Assembly: GCA_015490715.1 (NCBI GenBank)
Contig: WFXH01000106.1
Span: 2,177-66,176 of the forward strand
Source: Saprospiraceae bacterium
GTDB lineage: Bacteria; Bacteroidota; Bacteroidia; Chitinophagales; Saprospiraceae
Length of the DNA stretch: 64,000 nt
Reading direction: 5' to 3'
The position numbers were made by a program, and so were the translations under genes. Numbering within the stretch: position 1 is the stretch's first letter; each line of letters starts with the position of its first letter. The notes below the pieces were generated by a model. It worked only from the letters and a program-made list of their open reading frames with translations. It was not told the origin of the DNA and ran no database searches. Shown here in pieces: positions 1 to 9,265 of the stretch.

Positions 1-381
1 CTCACGCCTATTTTGATGATGTTTGTGTTGATGTGGGTCGTAGGCATTGACTTTGAGGCGGGCACTTCGATTGTGGCGCCCATCATGCTCGGAATCGTCA
101 TGGACGACACCATTCATCTCCTTCATCACTACAAGCGGTATCGCATGCAGGGATGGAGTGTGCAGGAGGCCATGAATGGATCGTTGCGTTACGCAGGACG
201 TGCGGTAGTCACTACCTCAGTGGCTTTGGGGCTGGGTTTTCTCATCATTGCCTTTAGTGCCATTCCCACCTTGAGTCATTTTGGCCTGCTCAGTTCGGCC
301 ACCATATTTTTTGCCTTGTTGGCAGATGCGATCTTTTTGCCGGCTCTGATCAAGTTGTACGGGAGAAATTCCCGAGCTTGA
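1..381 (+). CDS. RND/MMPL-family transporter, C-terminal fragment (5' end lies outside the window)
   Basis: The frame is open from the window edge. It has hydrophobic TM segments and 'PIMLGIVMDDTIHLLHHY', typical of the last TM bundle of RND/MMPL exporters. Stop at 379-381. Confidence 0.6.
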   Translation, partial: LTPILMMFVLMWVVGIDFEAGTSIVAPIMLGIVMDDTIHLLHHYKRYRMQGWSVQEAMNGSLRYAGRAVVTTSVALGLGFLIIAFSAIPTLSHFGLLSSATIFFALLADAIFLPALIKLYGRNSRA

Positions 382-385
382 ACAG

Positions 386-913
386 TTATTGGTAGGATTT
401 CCAGGGTGTGGTCTTGTACGACTTTGTGGTGATGTAGCGCATTTCTTTCATGAGGGCGGGGACATCTTTGTAGCCTGGGGAGATGACGATGGTGTTAAGA
501 TTTTCATCCATGTATAAAATCGTTGGATAGGCGAGCCGTCCGCGCAGCAGTTCGTAGGCTAATCGGTTGACCTTCCGTCGGCCCGAACCGATGAGCTCGT
601 AGGTTTTGCCCTTGAAGGAAATGGGTTCACGCTGTTCGGCATTGAATTTGACGGCGTAGAAGTGCTTATTGATGTATCGAATGACCTCTTTGTCCGAAAA
701 GGTCTTTCGATCCATGACTTTGCACCAACCGCACCAGTGGGTATATACATCTACGATGACGGGACGTTTTTCCTTTTTCAAAGCCTCTTGGACCTCTTCC
801 CAATTCATCCAGCGGATTTTTTCATCACTGGAGTGATTTTGTGCCGAGGGTGCAGTGATGAATAGGAGTTGCGCGATGAGAAAGACAGTTAGCATTCGAA
901 GTTTCAGCATCAT
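386..913 (-). CDS. Secreted thioredoxin-fold protein (DUF255/thioredoxin_7-like)
   Basis: CxxC motif 'THWCGWCKVMD'. ATG at 913 gives the signal peptide MMLKLRMLTVFLIAQLLFITAPSAQ. The longer 229-aa track ORF adds an implausible N-terminus. Confidence 0.75.
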   Translation of the reverse strand: MMLKLRMLTVFLIAQLLFITAPSAQNHSSDEKIRWMNWEEVQEALKKEKRPVIVDVYTHWCGWCKVMDRKTFSDKEVIRYINKHFYAVKFNAEQREPISFKGKTYELIGSGRRKVNRLAYELLRGRLAYPTILYMDENLNTIVISPGYKDVPALMKEMRYITTKSYKTTPWKSYQ

Positions 914-1068
914 GGACGACGATTTTCCGTGTTGGTCGATACGAAAAGTAAACGAAGGGTTGTATAAACTATTGCTCAGTTGATGCGTTGCTTTGGATAA
1001 TAGAAGGGGGGAACTCTTTTGGGTGGTGTGCAGTTTGTTTAAATGAGTATAAAATAATAGGAAAGGAT

Positions 1069-2145
1069 ATGGCAATGCTGGTCAAGAGCAAGTTATCGCA
1101 GTTTGATTTTGAATTGCCCGAAGAGCTGGTGGCAAAATACCCTGCCGAGGAACGCGATGCCTCGCGATTAATGGTCGTGCACCGGGATACGGGCACCATT
1201 GAACACAAAACATTTTACGATTTAAAGGATTACTTCGAAGAAGGGGACACCTTGATCTTTAACAACACCAAGGTGATACCAGCACGGCTATACGGATACA
1301 AGGAAAAGACAAATGCCCAGATCGAAGTATTTCTCTTGCGGGAGTTGAATCCGCAGCTTCGGCTCTGGGATGTGATGGTCGATCCCGCCAGAAAGATCCG
1401 CGTGGGCAATAAGCTGTATTTTAAGGATAAAAAGGGCAACATCGTACTTCTTGCCGAAGTGCTGGACAATACCACTTCGAGGGGGAGGACCATACGTTTT
1501 AGCTTTAACGGCACCAATGAAGAGTTTAAAAAATTGTTGTACAGCTTGGGAGAACCTCCCATACCGAAGTATCTCGGCCGCAGAGCTGAAAAGATCGACG
1601 AAGAGCGATATCAGACCATTTTTGCGGAGATAGAGGGGGCGGTGGCGGCGCCCACAGCGGGTTTGCATTTTTCGGAGCGGCTACTCCGATATTTAGAGCT
1701 CAAGGGAATACATATCACCCAGCTAACGCTCCACGTCGGTCTCGGCACGTTTCGCAATATCGAGGTGGAGGACCTCTCAAAACATCAGATGGACGCTGAG
1801 TACTACCACATTCCCGAGGAGACGGCTGAAATCGTCAATAAGTCTAAAAGAGAAGGACGCCGCGTGTGTGCGGTGGGCACAACGGTGATGCGCGCATTGG
1901 AGTCGTCCATCACTGCGCAAGGATTTCTAAGGCCGTCGGAAGGTTGGACCAATCTCTTTATCTATCCGCCTTTTGAATTTCACATCGCCAACTGTATGGT
2001 TACGAATTTTCACATGCCCAAATCGAGCCTCTTCATCATGGTCTCGGCATTTGGTGGGCTTGAGCTCATGCGCGAGGCTTATCAGGAGGCCATAAAAGAA
2101 AAGTATCGATTTTTCACCTATGGTGATGCCATGTTGATTTTATAA
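1069..2145 (+). CDS. queA: S-adenosylmethionine:tRNA ribosyltransferase-isomerase
   Basis: Full-length QueA-like sequence: '[26 protein letters not shown]', 'AAPTAGLHF', '[11 protein letters not shown]', '[10 protein letters not shown]'. Start taken at ATG 1069 (MAMLVKSKL). Confidence 0.93.
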   Translation: MAMLVKSKLSQFDFELPEELVAKYPAEERDASRLMVVHRDTGTIEHKTFYDLKDYFEEGDTLIFNNTKVIPARLYGYKEKTNAQIEVFLLRELNPQLRLWDVMVDPARKIRVGNKLYFKDKKGNIVLLAEVLDNTTSRGRTIRFSFNGTNEEFKKLLYSLGEPPIPKYLGRRAEKIDEERYQTIFAEIEGAVAAPTAGLHFSERLLRYLELKGIHITQLTLHVGLGTFRNIEVEDLSKHQMDAEYYHIPEETAEIVNKSKREGRRVCAVGTTVMRALESSITAQGFLRPSEGWTNLFIYPPFEFHIANCMVTNFHMPKSSLFIMVSAFGGLELMREAYQEAIKEKYRFFTYGDAMLIL

Positions 2146-2229
2146 AAAAGTGGGAACAGTGCGAACCTTTTAAGGACTTCTGTTATTATCAGTGTATTGA
2201 AGGTATATCTAACCAAAACTATTGGGGAT

Positions 2230-2451
2230 ATGTACTGGACGTTGGAATTGGCGCATTACTTAGAGGATGCTCCCTGGCCAGCGACGCGAGATGAATTGAT
2301 CGACTATGCTATTCGATCAGGAGCGCCGATAGAAGTGATCGAAAACCTTCAGGAATTGGAAGACGAGGGAGAGGTATACGAGAGCATCGAAGACATCTGG
2401 CCGGACTATCCTCGCAAGGAGGATTTTCTCTTCAACGAAGACGAATATTGA
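2230..2451 (+). CDS. DUF2795 domain protein
   Basis: 'MYWTLELAHYLEDAPWPATRDELIDYAIRSGAPIEVIENLQEL' matches the small DUF2795 family. ATG 2230 is preferred over the TTG at 2197. Confidence 0.7.
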   Translation: MYWTLELAHYLEDAPWPATRDELIDYAIRSGAPIEVIENLQELEDEGEVYESIEDIWPDYPRKEDFLFNEDEY

Positions 2452-2460
2452 TGGATCTTT

Positions 2461-3183
2461 ATGCAGGATGAGCGCGACACGCAAGATGGATTAGAGGATC
2501 ACTCGACCAAGAGAGTGGTCATTGCCATTGATGGGCTTTCTTCGTGTGGCAAGACCACTTTAGCCAAGGATCTGGCCCACCACCTTCAATGGCTCCACAT
2601 CGATTCAGGGGCCATGTATCGCGCTCTGACCTGGCTGATGATCCAAAAGGGTTGGACGATTGAAGAGCTCCTTCAACACCTGGAAGACGTCGAATTAGAA
2701 TTGACCAGAGAAAATGGCGAAGCGCTTATCCGCCTCAATGGCCAGGTGGTGAGAGATGAGCTGCGGGATCCGCGTGTGACCGAACAGGTCAGTGCCGTAT
2801 CGATGATCCCCGAAGTTCGGAGATTTTTAGTTGAAAAACAGCGCGCTGCTGCGCGCAATGCTTCCGTGGTCATGGACGGCCGAGATATCGGTACCGTCGT
2901 ATTCCCCGATGCCGATATCAAGTTTTATCTCACAGCTGATGAAGATGTTCGCGTCCGGCGACGTCATCGGGAGCTTCTGGAAAAGGGCTATGAGATTGAC
3001 GAGGAAGAAGTGCGAAGACAGATACGTCAAAGGGATCACCTGGATACCACGCGCGCCCACTCGCCACTGAGGAAGGCAGAGGATGCTATCGTACTCGATA
3101 CCTCCCATCTCAGCCGACAGGAACAGCTCGAGGAGGCGCTCAATATTATCCGCCGCAGATTGGAAAAAATTACGTCACCATAG
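2461..3183 (+). CDS. cmk: Cytidylate kinase
   Basis: P-loop 'IAIDGLSSCGKTTLAKDLA', 'IDSGAMYRA', 'VMDGRDIGTVVFPDA', 'DTTRAHSPL'. Confidence 0.92.
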   Translation: MQDERDTQDGLEDHSTKRVVIAIDGLSSCGKTTLAKDLAHHLQWLHIDSGAMYRALTWLMIQKGWTIEELLQHLEDVELELTRENGEALIRLNGQVVRDELRDPRVTEQVSAVSMIPEVRRFLVEKQRAAARNASVVMDGRDIGTVVFPDADIKFYLTADEDVRVRRRHRELLEKGYEIDEEEVRRQIRQRDHLDTTRAHSPLRKAEDAIVLDTSHLSRQEQLEEALNIIRRRLEKITSP

Positions 3184-3190
3184 TATTCGT

Positions 3191-4024
3191 ATGCCTGCCT
3201 ATGGCAAGTGGATAGCTGTGCTCTCCTTTCGCCTCTTCGGCTTTGGAAAATACGTACTCTACAGTCTTTGGAGCCGTCAGAGAGGCATGGTTTCAGCTTG
3301 TGATTTGCCGCTATACGCCTTTGAGTATCGCCCAGTATTGAAAGAGCCGAAATTGGACAGCTACTGTGATGCGGGACGAGAGAGGGGCAGTATGACTGAC
3401 GGGCGGCATTGGGGTGCGGGGAGTTTGCGCGTCTTGCCGTGGGGGAAAAAAGCTGATGCGAGTACTCCGCCCATACAAGGGGCCTTGCTCCGGTGGTGGG
3501 CCGAACATCTCAACGTACATGCCGTCTTAGAGCTCGGCACTCATCGAGGGGTGGGTACATCGTATTTGGCAAGAGCCGCGTCGGTTGAACGTGTCTGGAC
3601 GATCGACGCAAATGAGCGAGCCCTTGTGCAGGCGCAGAGATTGTGGGATAACCTTGGGGTGTCGCATAAGATTCAGGCGATTCACGGTTGCTTTCAGGAG
3701 GTGTTGGGTGGAGTCTTAAGGCGAATGCCTTCACCGCAGTTGGTGTATATGGACGGTCATCATGAAGGAGAGGCCACACGTCGGTATTTTGAAATTATTG
3801 CTCAACACATGCCCGATGGGGGATGGATCATCGTCGACGATATACGGTGGAACCGCGATATGTATCGATGCTGGAAAGGCCTGTGCGCACACCCTCGGAC
3901 GAAGATGGCCATTGATGTCGGGTATATGGGAATTATTCAACTCCAAAAGGTGGAGGATTTGCCTACTCCCTTGGCCCCTATCTATTGGCTTCCCCGTCCG
4001 GGGTGGCGCTGGCTCTTTCGCTGA
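3191..4024 (+). CDS. Class I SAM-dependent methyltransferase
   Basis: 'VLELGTHRGVGTSYLA' (motif I-like), 'VYMDGHHEGEAT' and 'GGWIIVDDI'. ATG 3191 avoids the overlap with cmk. Confidence 0.6.
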   Translation: MPAYGKWIAVLSFRLFGFGKYVLYSLWSRQRGMVSACDLPLYAFEYRPVLKEPKLDSYCDAGRERGSMTDGRHWGAGSLRVLPWGKKADASTPPIQGALLRWWAEHLNVHAVLELGTHRGVGTSYLARAASVERVWTIDANERALVQAQRLWDNLGVSHKIQAIHGCFQEVLGGVLRRMPSPQLVYMDGHHEGEATRRYFEIIAQHMPDGGWIIVDDIRWNRDMYRCWKGLCAHPRTKMAIDVGYMGIIQLQKVEDLPTPLAPIYWLPRPGWRWLFR

Positions 4025-4039
4025 CGATATGTGTGGTGG

Positions 4040-4384
4040 CTACCCCTTTTTGCGGTTTTTGCGCTTGTATTCGTAGTCTTTGCGCTCGAGTTCGATTTGG
4101 CGCTTGACGTGGCGCCGAAACTGTTCGAAGAGCTTATGTGCAGCTACGACGGGATCGATATCTTCCTCTGCGTGTAAGACCTTTTTGCTCTTCATGTCGA
4201 GGGCAGCGCTTATGCGAAATACTCGACCATTGTGCGCCACGATTACTTCAAAGGTAAGAGGTTTGGAGTAGCGTTTAAACCACTCTTCAAACTTTTGTCG
4301 GAGTTTTTCGGCGAGTTGTTGGATCTCCTGGCGTTGTGCTTCGCCAGGGACTTCTTTCAGGTTTTTGATTTGTAGTGAAACCAT
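4040..4384 (-). CDS. HPF/RaiA-like ribosome-associated protein (tentative)
   Basis: 114 aa. The predicted beta-alpha-beta-beta-beta-alpha pattern ('LTFEVIVAHNGRVFRISAALDMKSKKVLHAEEDIDPVVAAHKLFEQFRRHVKR') and basic tail resemble the S30AE/HPF family. Confidence 0.45.
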   Translation of the reverse strand: MVSLQIKNLKEVPGEAQRQEIQQLAEKLRQKFEEWFKRYSKPLTFEVIVAHNGRVFRISAALDMKSKKVLHAEEDIDPVVAAHKLFEQFRRHVKRQIELERKDYEYKRKNRKKG

Positions 4385-4406
4385 AAATGTCGACGTGTTA
4401 AAGAGG

Positions 4407-4994
4407 TTAAGCGGATTGAGGTAATTGTTTGTTGAGCTTTCTCAAATCAAGTCCCATGGCGAGATTGAGAATCCCAAGGAAGACAAACGACAGTGCCGTC
4501 AGGATGACGATACTCAAGATGCCAAAGAGGGGATCCAAAATAATGAAAAAGCTCAACACCATGGTGATGAATCCCATGAGGGCGAGCCACCACCAGCCGG
4601 GAAATCTGGCTTTTTTAAGTGTCCAACCAAGGCTAATGGACATAGCTCCTCGAAAGGTAAACCAGAATCCCATGTAGAGGCGCAACACCTCCGCACTGAG
4701 TGGTGGGAAGATCAACATGAGTAATCCGACGATTACTTCCAATGCCCCTGTAAAGAGATACCAACCCCAGTGATCGTTGTTTTTGCGGTTGGAAAGGGCA
4801 AAGGCAATGTGGAGGATTCCGTAAAAGAAGATCATCCACGCGAAAAATATGGATAGGCTCAAGTAGGCTATCGCTGGATTGAGCAGCATAAAGGCTGCTA
4901 TTCCGAGCATGGACAAGCCGATGACTACCGGTATCCACCAGTTTTTTGTCAGCGCATGAAATCCTGCAATTGTCTGTGTACGTGCCATAGTCAA
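4407..4994 (-). CDS. HdeD/DUF308 family membrane protein
   Basis: About six TM helices. The N-terminal 'KNWWIPVVIGLSMLGIAAFMLLNP' is the DUF308 repeat signature. Confidence 0.65.
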   Translation of the reverse strand: MTMARTQTIAGFHALTKNWWIPVVIGLSMLGIAAFMLLNPAIAYLSLSIFFAWMIFFYGILHIAFALSNRKNNDHWGWYLFTGALEVIVGLLMLIFPPLSAEVLRLYMGFWFTFRGAMSISLGWTLKKARFPGWWWLALMGFITMVLSFFIILDPLFGILSIVILTALSFVFLGILNLAMGLDLRKLNKQLPQSA

Positions 4995-5064
4995 AGATTT
5001 TATTGGTTTTATAAAATGATTTTATCCTTGAAAAGAGACAGTTTGTTTTTGTTTAATATCAGGC

Positions 5065-5739
5065 TTATTTCTTAACGTTTTGGATAGCTCGTAACATGTT
5101 GTTTCCCTGTACGATAGCTCTTTGGACGAAGGAGAGCTTGAGCGCCATGAGGTCGGCTATTTCGTCTTCGTCGAGTTGGCCAAAGAGGTGGAGTTCGAAT
5201 ATTTTGCGCACGCCATCGGGCATGGCCTTGAGGACGTGTTCAAAGGCGTGTTTTTGCGATGGCGTGAGGGATTTTTCGTCGGACTGTAAGTGTTGTAGTA
5301 CAAGTGCTTCGAGGTCAGGGGTTAAGAGATAAGTTTTGGGCTTGTATTCGTCGAGGTGGTAGGAGATATCGTCGAGTTCTTCAACCAGGACGTAGTCGTA
5401 ATCTGCATCGACGGTAAATTTTTCTTCCAGTGTCTTGAGCTCTTCTTCGAGCAGTTGGTGGATGGGTACTTTTTTCTTTTGAGGCAGTTCTTTTTCTTCG
5501 TATCGATCTAAGATGAGCATAGCTATTTCGAAGGCGGAGATTTTGATGTCTTTGAGGTCGTCGTGGGAGTTGGTGACTTTTGCAAGTTCGGCGATGACTT
5601 CGTCAAAGATCTCTTCGGAGGTGAGCATGTTTTTGGGCAGAATGCCCTTTCGTTCGAGTAGGCGTAGTCGGTAGCGTACATAGCGCATCAGATCCTCCTT
5701 GATGGGTTGGATTTTGTCGAGCAAGTCCTTAACGTTCAT
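5065..5739 (-). CDS. Sigma-70 family (ECF-like) protein with a long acidic linker
   Basis: The C-terminus 'MPDGVRKIFELHLFGQLDEDEIADLMALKLSFVQRAIVQGNNMLRAIQ' looks like a sigma region 4 HTH. The N-terminus 'LMRYVRYRLRLLERKG...SEEIFDEVIAEL' resembles region 2. About 70 acidic residues lie between them. Confidence 0.45.
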   Translation of the reverse strand: MNVKDLLDKIQPIKEDLMRYVRYRLRLLERKGILPKNMLTSEEIFDEVIAELAKVTNSHDDLKDIKISAFEIAMLILDRYEEKELPQKKKVPIHQLLEEELKTLEEKFTVDADYDYVLVEELDDISYHLDEYKPKTYLLTPDLEALVLQHLQSDEKSLTPSQKHAFEHVLKAMPDGVRKIFELHLFGQLDEDEIADLMALKLSFVQRAIVQGNNMLRAIQNVKK

Positions 5740-5761
5740 GGTTTTGTTTTTTGGTAAGATG

Positions 5762-5787
5762 CAGGGGAAGGAATCCTCCTTCCCCTG
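5762..5787 (-). terminator. Perfect 11-bp stem / 4-nt loop hairpin downstream of the YfdX-like gene
   Basis: caggggaagga-atcc-tccttcccctg, beginning 15 nt after the stop at 5802. No clear U-tract on the minus strand. Confidence 0.45.
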
Positions 5788-5801
5788 ATAAAGTTAGGCA
5801 A

Positions 5802-6743
5802 TTATTTTTGTGTGGAAAAGTGTTTTTGACGGAATTTGCTCAACTGTTCTTTTAATTTTTCCAGGCTTTGAGTAATCGCTTCGGCAGCTTCTTCTCTTTC
5901 GATGCTGCGTTTGATGTCGTGAATAGCTTTGTAGAGGTCTTTGTAGTCTTTGGTGCGTTTGCCGTAGCCGAGCGCTTCAGCGAGTTTGAGCTGGTAGTCG
6001 GCGTTGTCGAGGAGTTTGATAATCTCTTCACGATCGGCAGCCTTAGCTAAGTCGAGAGCGAGGGCTTCAATGACGTATTGCTGTGCCCTCATCACGGGTA
6101 GTGGGATGATTTGCTCGGTGATGACTAAGGTATTGAGCATTTTTTTGAGCAAGTCGGAAGCTTCTGCAAGGCGCTTTTGACGGATTAGTACGGCTGCTTC
6201 TTTGAGTCCTTGCGGATAGGTGGCTAAGGGAAGATTGACGGTCGATATTACGATTTCACTGGCCAGGTCGTTGAGCAAGGTACGAGCTACCTGATAGTAA
6301 CCTTTGTCCATGGCCTTTTCGGCCTCGCCGACGATTCCCTTGATGGCATGGATGTCGGTGATGACTTCGTTGACACGAGAGTGCACATCAATGGGAAGTA
6401 GGCTCAATTCGGGATGAGCAGCGGTGAGGATTTCGATTTTTCCAATGAGCTCGGCAATGATGCGCTCGGCATTTTCCTGGTGAATACTGTCCAGCTGAAG
6501 GATCAACGCCTGGGTTTGTGCAATCACTTCGACGGCTTCGCGGATGAGCTTTGACCTTTGATGCAACAATACGGTGTCGATGTCGGCCTGGATGCGCTTA
6601 CGGACCGTGTCTTGAGGGAGTTTTAAGGTGTCTGGTACAGCTACGGACTCTTTATTTGCTTCTACACGATCGACTTGGGTCTCCGCATTGGTACAGGAGA
6701 CGGACAATACGCTCAGTACGAAGAATACAATCCACTTTTTCAT
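5802..6743 (-). CDS. YfdX-family-like lipoprotein (two helical repeats)
   Basis: Lipoprotein signal MKKWIVFFVLSVLSVSC from ATG 6743. The helical repeats 'KGYYQVARTLLNDLASEIVISTVNLPL' and 'KRLAEASDLLKKMLNTLVITEQIIPLP' resemble the YfdX 'MPL...A...LL' pattern. Confidence 0.45.
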   Translation of the reverse strand: MKKWIVFFVLSVLSVSCTNAETQVDRVEANKESVAVPDTLKLPQDTVRKRIQADIDTVLLHQRSKLIREAVEVIAQTQALILQLDSIHQENAERIIAELIGKIEILTAAHPELSLLPIDVHSRVNEVITDIHAIKGIVGEAEKAMDKGYYQVARTLLNDLASEIVISTVNLPLATYPQGLKEAAVLIRQKRLAEASDLLKKMLNTLVITEQIIPLPVMRAQQYVIEALALDLAKAADREEIIKLLDNADYQLKLAEALGYGKRTKDYKDLYKAIHDIKRSIEREEAAEAITQSLEKLKEQLSKFRQKHFSTQK

Positions 6744-6930
6744 GATTCTTGATGTTTTTTTGTTTACGATTTTATTCAACACGCGATTACTTAACATAAT
6801 TTATGCCGATAGCTGGGATGGGCACAAAATATCAGTTAATGAAGTGTTTATGTGTCAATATGGCATTTTATAGGAAAAAGCCCTGCTGCAAGATGCGACA
6901 AAAAGTCGGTAGCATCGGGTAGTCGATGCC

Positions 6931-8397
6931 TCAGCGGAAGAGGAACTGGACGGTCTTTAAGACGTCGTCGTGTAGGATGCGATCGTGTTGGAGCGGAGGG
7001 ATGATTTCTCGGTAGTGGTGGACGTGTTCTTTTAGGTGAGTGGATAGTTGTGCATGGCGGAAGTGGAGGGCTTGGGCGGCGCACATCCACTCGATGGCGA
7101 TGGTAGATCGCAGGAGGGGGAGCATTTTGTAGAGTTTTAGGCCTGCATGGGCAGCCATGCTGACGTGATCTTCCTGGCCGTTGCTACTGACGATGGAATC
7201 ATTAGTTGCGGGATGGGCCATCCATTTGAGTTGGCGCACGAGGGCAGCTGCGCTGTATTGGGCGATCATGAGTCCGGATTCGAGGCCGGCATTGGGTGTG
7301 AGGTATTCGGGGAGATCGCGTTGGCCGGAGAGGAGGGTAAAGGTTCGGCGCTCGGAGATGTTGGCGACTTCGGAGAGGGCGATAGCCAAGCTATCTAAGG
7401 CGATACCCAGGTTTTGAGCGTGGAAGTTGCCGCCGCTGAGGATGCGTCCGTTGTGGGGGTCAAAGATGGGATTGTCGGTGACGGAGTTGATTTCGGTGTG
7501 GATGATTTTTTCGCAATGACGCCAGGTGTCGTAGGCTGGCCCCAGTACTTGTGGCACACATCGAAAGGAATAGGGGTCTTGCACGCTATAGCGTAAGCGG
7601 GTGGGTAAATCGCTTTGGTCAAGCCAGTGGCGTAGGCGTTGTGCGACCCACTTTTGTCCTTCATGGGGGCGGATGATATGGATGAGTGGGTCTAAAAAGC
7701 TCACATCGCACTGGTAGGCCTCGATCGACAGGGCTGCTGTCATGATGGCGACCTCCAAGATTTTATAGGACTCTATCAATGAGGCCACTGCAAGGGCCAA
7801 GGTGAATTGAGTGCCGTTGAGCAATGCAAGTCCTTCTTTTGCCCGTAGTTCGATGGGTTGAAAGTCGACATGGTGTGCCTGAAAGGGCCGAACTTGGCCG
7901 TCTATCCATATTTCGCCTTTCCCGATGAGGGGAAGACACAAATGTGCCAGCGGAGCGAGGTCACCCGACGCGCCAAGTGAGCCGTATTCGTAGACCACGG
8001 GAGTAATGCCTTTGTTGAAGAGCTCTATGAGTTTATGGATAATAAGCGGACGAATGCCCGAATATCCATTTCGAAGGCCGATAATTTTGAGCAGTAACAT
8101 AAGACGTGATATCTCCTCGGGTACGGGTTCGCCTAAGCCGCAGGCATGGGATAAGAGGAGATTGTGCTGGAGTATGTGCAGCTGTTGTGGCGATATTTGC
8201 ACATTGCACAACGAGCCGAAGCCCGTGTTGATGCCGTAGTATGCCTTATTTTCACGTTGGAGAAGGGCCTCAAGTTTTTCTCTACTCTCTTGAAGGGTCT
8301 GCGTGATACGGGGAGCACAGTGCAGTTGTGCGTTGCGCTTACACCAGCGGTAAAGATCCTCAGCGCTGTAATGCGAATGGTCGATGGTGACGTCCAT
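6931..8397 (-). CDS. hutH: Histidine ammonia-lyase
   Basis: MIO-forming 'GSLGASGDLAPLAH', 'YGINTGFG', 'GLALLNGTQ', 'GNFHAQ'. ATG 8397 (MDVTIDH) is preferred over the TTG at 8409. Confidence 0.93.
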   Translation of the reverse strand: MDVTIDHSHYSAEDLYRWCKRNAQLHCAPRITQTLQESREKLEALLQRENKAYYGINTGFGSLCNVQISPQQLHILQHNLLLSHACGLGEPVPEEISRLMLLLKIIGLRNGYSGIRPLIIHKLIELFNKGITPVVYEYGSLGASGDLAPLAHLCLPLIGKGEIWIDGQVRPFQAHHVDFQPIELRAKEGLALLNGTQFTLALAVASLIESYKILEVAIMTAALSIEAYQCDVSFLDPLIHIIRPHEGQKWVAQRLRHWLDQSDLPTRLRYSVQDPYSFRCVPQVLGPAYDTWRHCEKIIHTEINSVTDNPIFDPHNGRILSGGNFHAQNLGIALDSLAIALSEVANISERRTFTLLSGQRDLPEYLTPNAGLESGLMIAQYSAAALVRQLKWMAHPATNDSIVSSNGQEDHVSMAAHAGLKLYKMLPLLRSTIAIEWMCAAQALHFRHAQLSTHLKEHVHHYREIIPPLQHDRILHDDVLKTVQFLFR

Positions 8398-8441
8398 TGA
8401 TTTGTGCAATTAAATCGCGTGTCGGCCTCAAAGATAGTGAC

Positions 8442-9248
8442 TTACCAGTAAGGGAGGTACTGCACAATGCGCAAACCCAGGCCATAGGATTGGATGTGAG
8501 GTCGGGCGTATTTTTTGCCTGTGAGGTTGATGCGCCAGTCTTTATGGCGAGGATCCAAAAGGCTGAGCTGGTAAATGAGGTAGAGTTCGGCAGCGGTGTA
8601 GTCGAGGAGGAAATACCGTACATTTCCATCGATACCGATGTACCATTGTACGGACGACCAAGGACTGGAATTTTGCAAGGACGGATGTTGGTGGAGCAAG
8701 AGTTCGAAATCTGGATTGTCGAGGGTAAAAAACTGTGCTGGAGCCAGCACAGTGGAATCTCGAAAGTATTGATCCTCAGTTTGTAGATCGTACTGGTACA
8801 TCAGCTGTACCCCAATGCCGTACTGCCAGTCCTTACGGTAGGTCTTACTGGGTTGGGTCCACACAAAGGTGTAATGGAGGGGGATGAGGAGGGATTTTTT
8901 GCGTATGAAATAGTAGAGGGACTGTGGGGAAGGAGACTTATCCTTGAAATGATATTGCCCAGAGGCATAGCCGAGACCGACCTCTAAGCGGTGTCGGTTG
9001 CCGAAATCGAGGCCATAGAGAAGGCTCGCATGGAATGTCGGTCGAATTTTTTGATGGAGTGCATCTTTTCCGAAGTGGTCGAAATTCGACCAACGTGGAA
9101 GCTGCACCTGTCCCTGAGCGGCAAAATAGGAATATAGACCACCGGCCTGGGACCACAGAGGCACTGCTGTGAGGGCAAGGAGCCAGAGTGCAATCAGTTG
9201 GTGAAGAGACGACGGCTTAAACCCTGAGGATGGGGTCTTCAAATGCAC
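8442..9248 (-). CDS. Hypothetical outer-membrane beta-barrel protein
   Basis: GTG start, signal peptide 'LIALWLLALTAVPLWSQA', alternating aromatic/hydrophobic strands and a C-terminal 'IVQYLPYW'. Confidence 0.4.
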   Translation of the reverse strand: MHLKTPSSGFKPSSLHQLIALWLLALTAVPLWSQAGGLYSYFAAQGQVQLPRWSNFDHFGKDALHQKIRPTFHASLLYGLDFGNRHRLEVGLGYASGQYHFKDKSPSPQSLYYFIRKKSLLIPLHYTFVWTQPSKTYRKDWQYGIGVQLMYQYDLQTEDQYFRDSTVLAPAQFFTLDNPDFELLLHQHPSLQNSSPWSSVQWYIGIDGNVRYFLLDYTAAELYLIYQLSLLDPRHKDWRINLTGKKYARPHIQSYGLGLRIVQYLPYW

Positions 9249-9265
9249 GCTTTGCGGACTGAATG

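Noticed and set aside
3083-3190. Upstream extension of the methyltransferase ORF overlapping cmk by about 100 nt
   Set aside because: The extension is Arg/Ser-rich with no similarity to anything I recognise. ATG 3191 lies just after the cmk stop and gives a sensible N-terminus.
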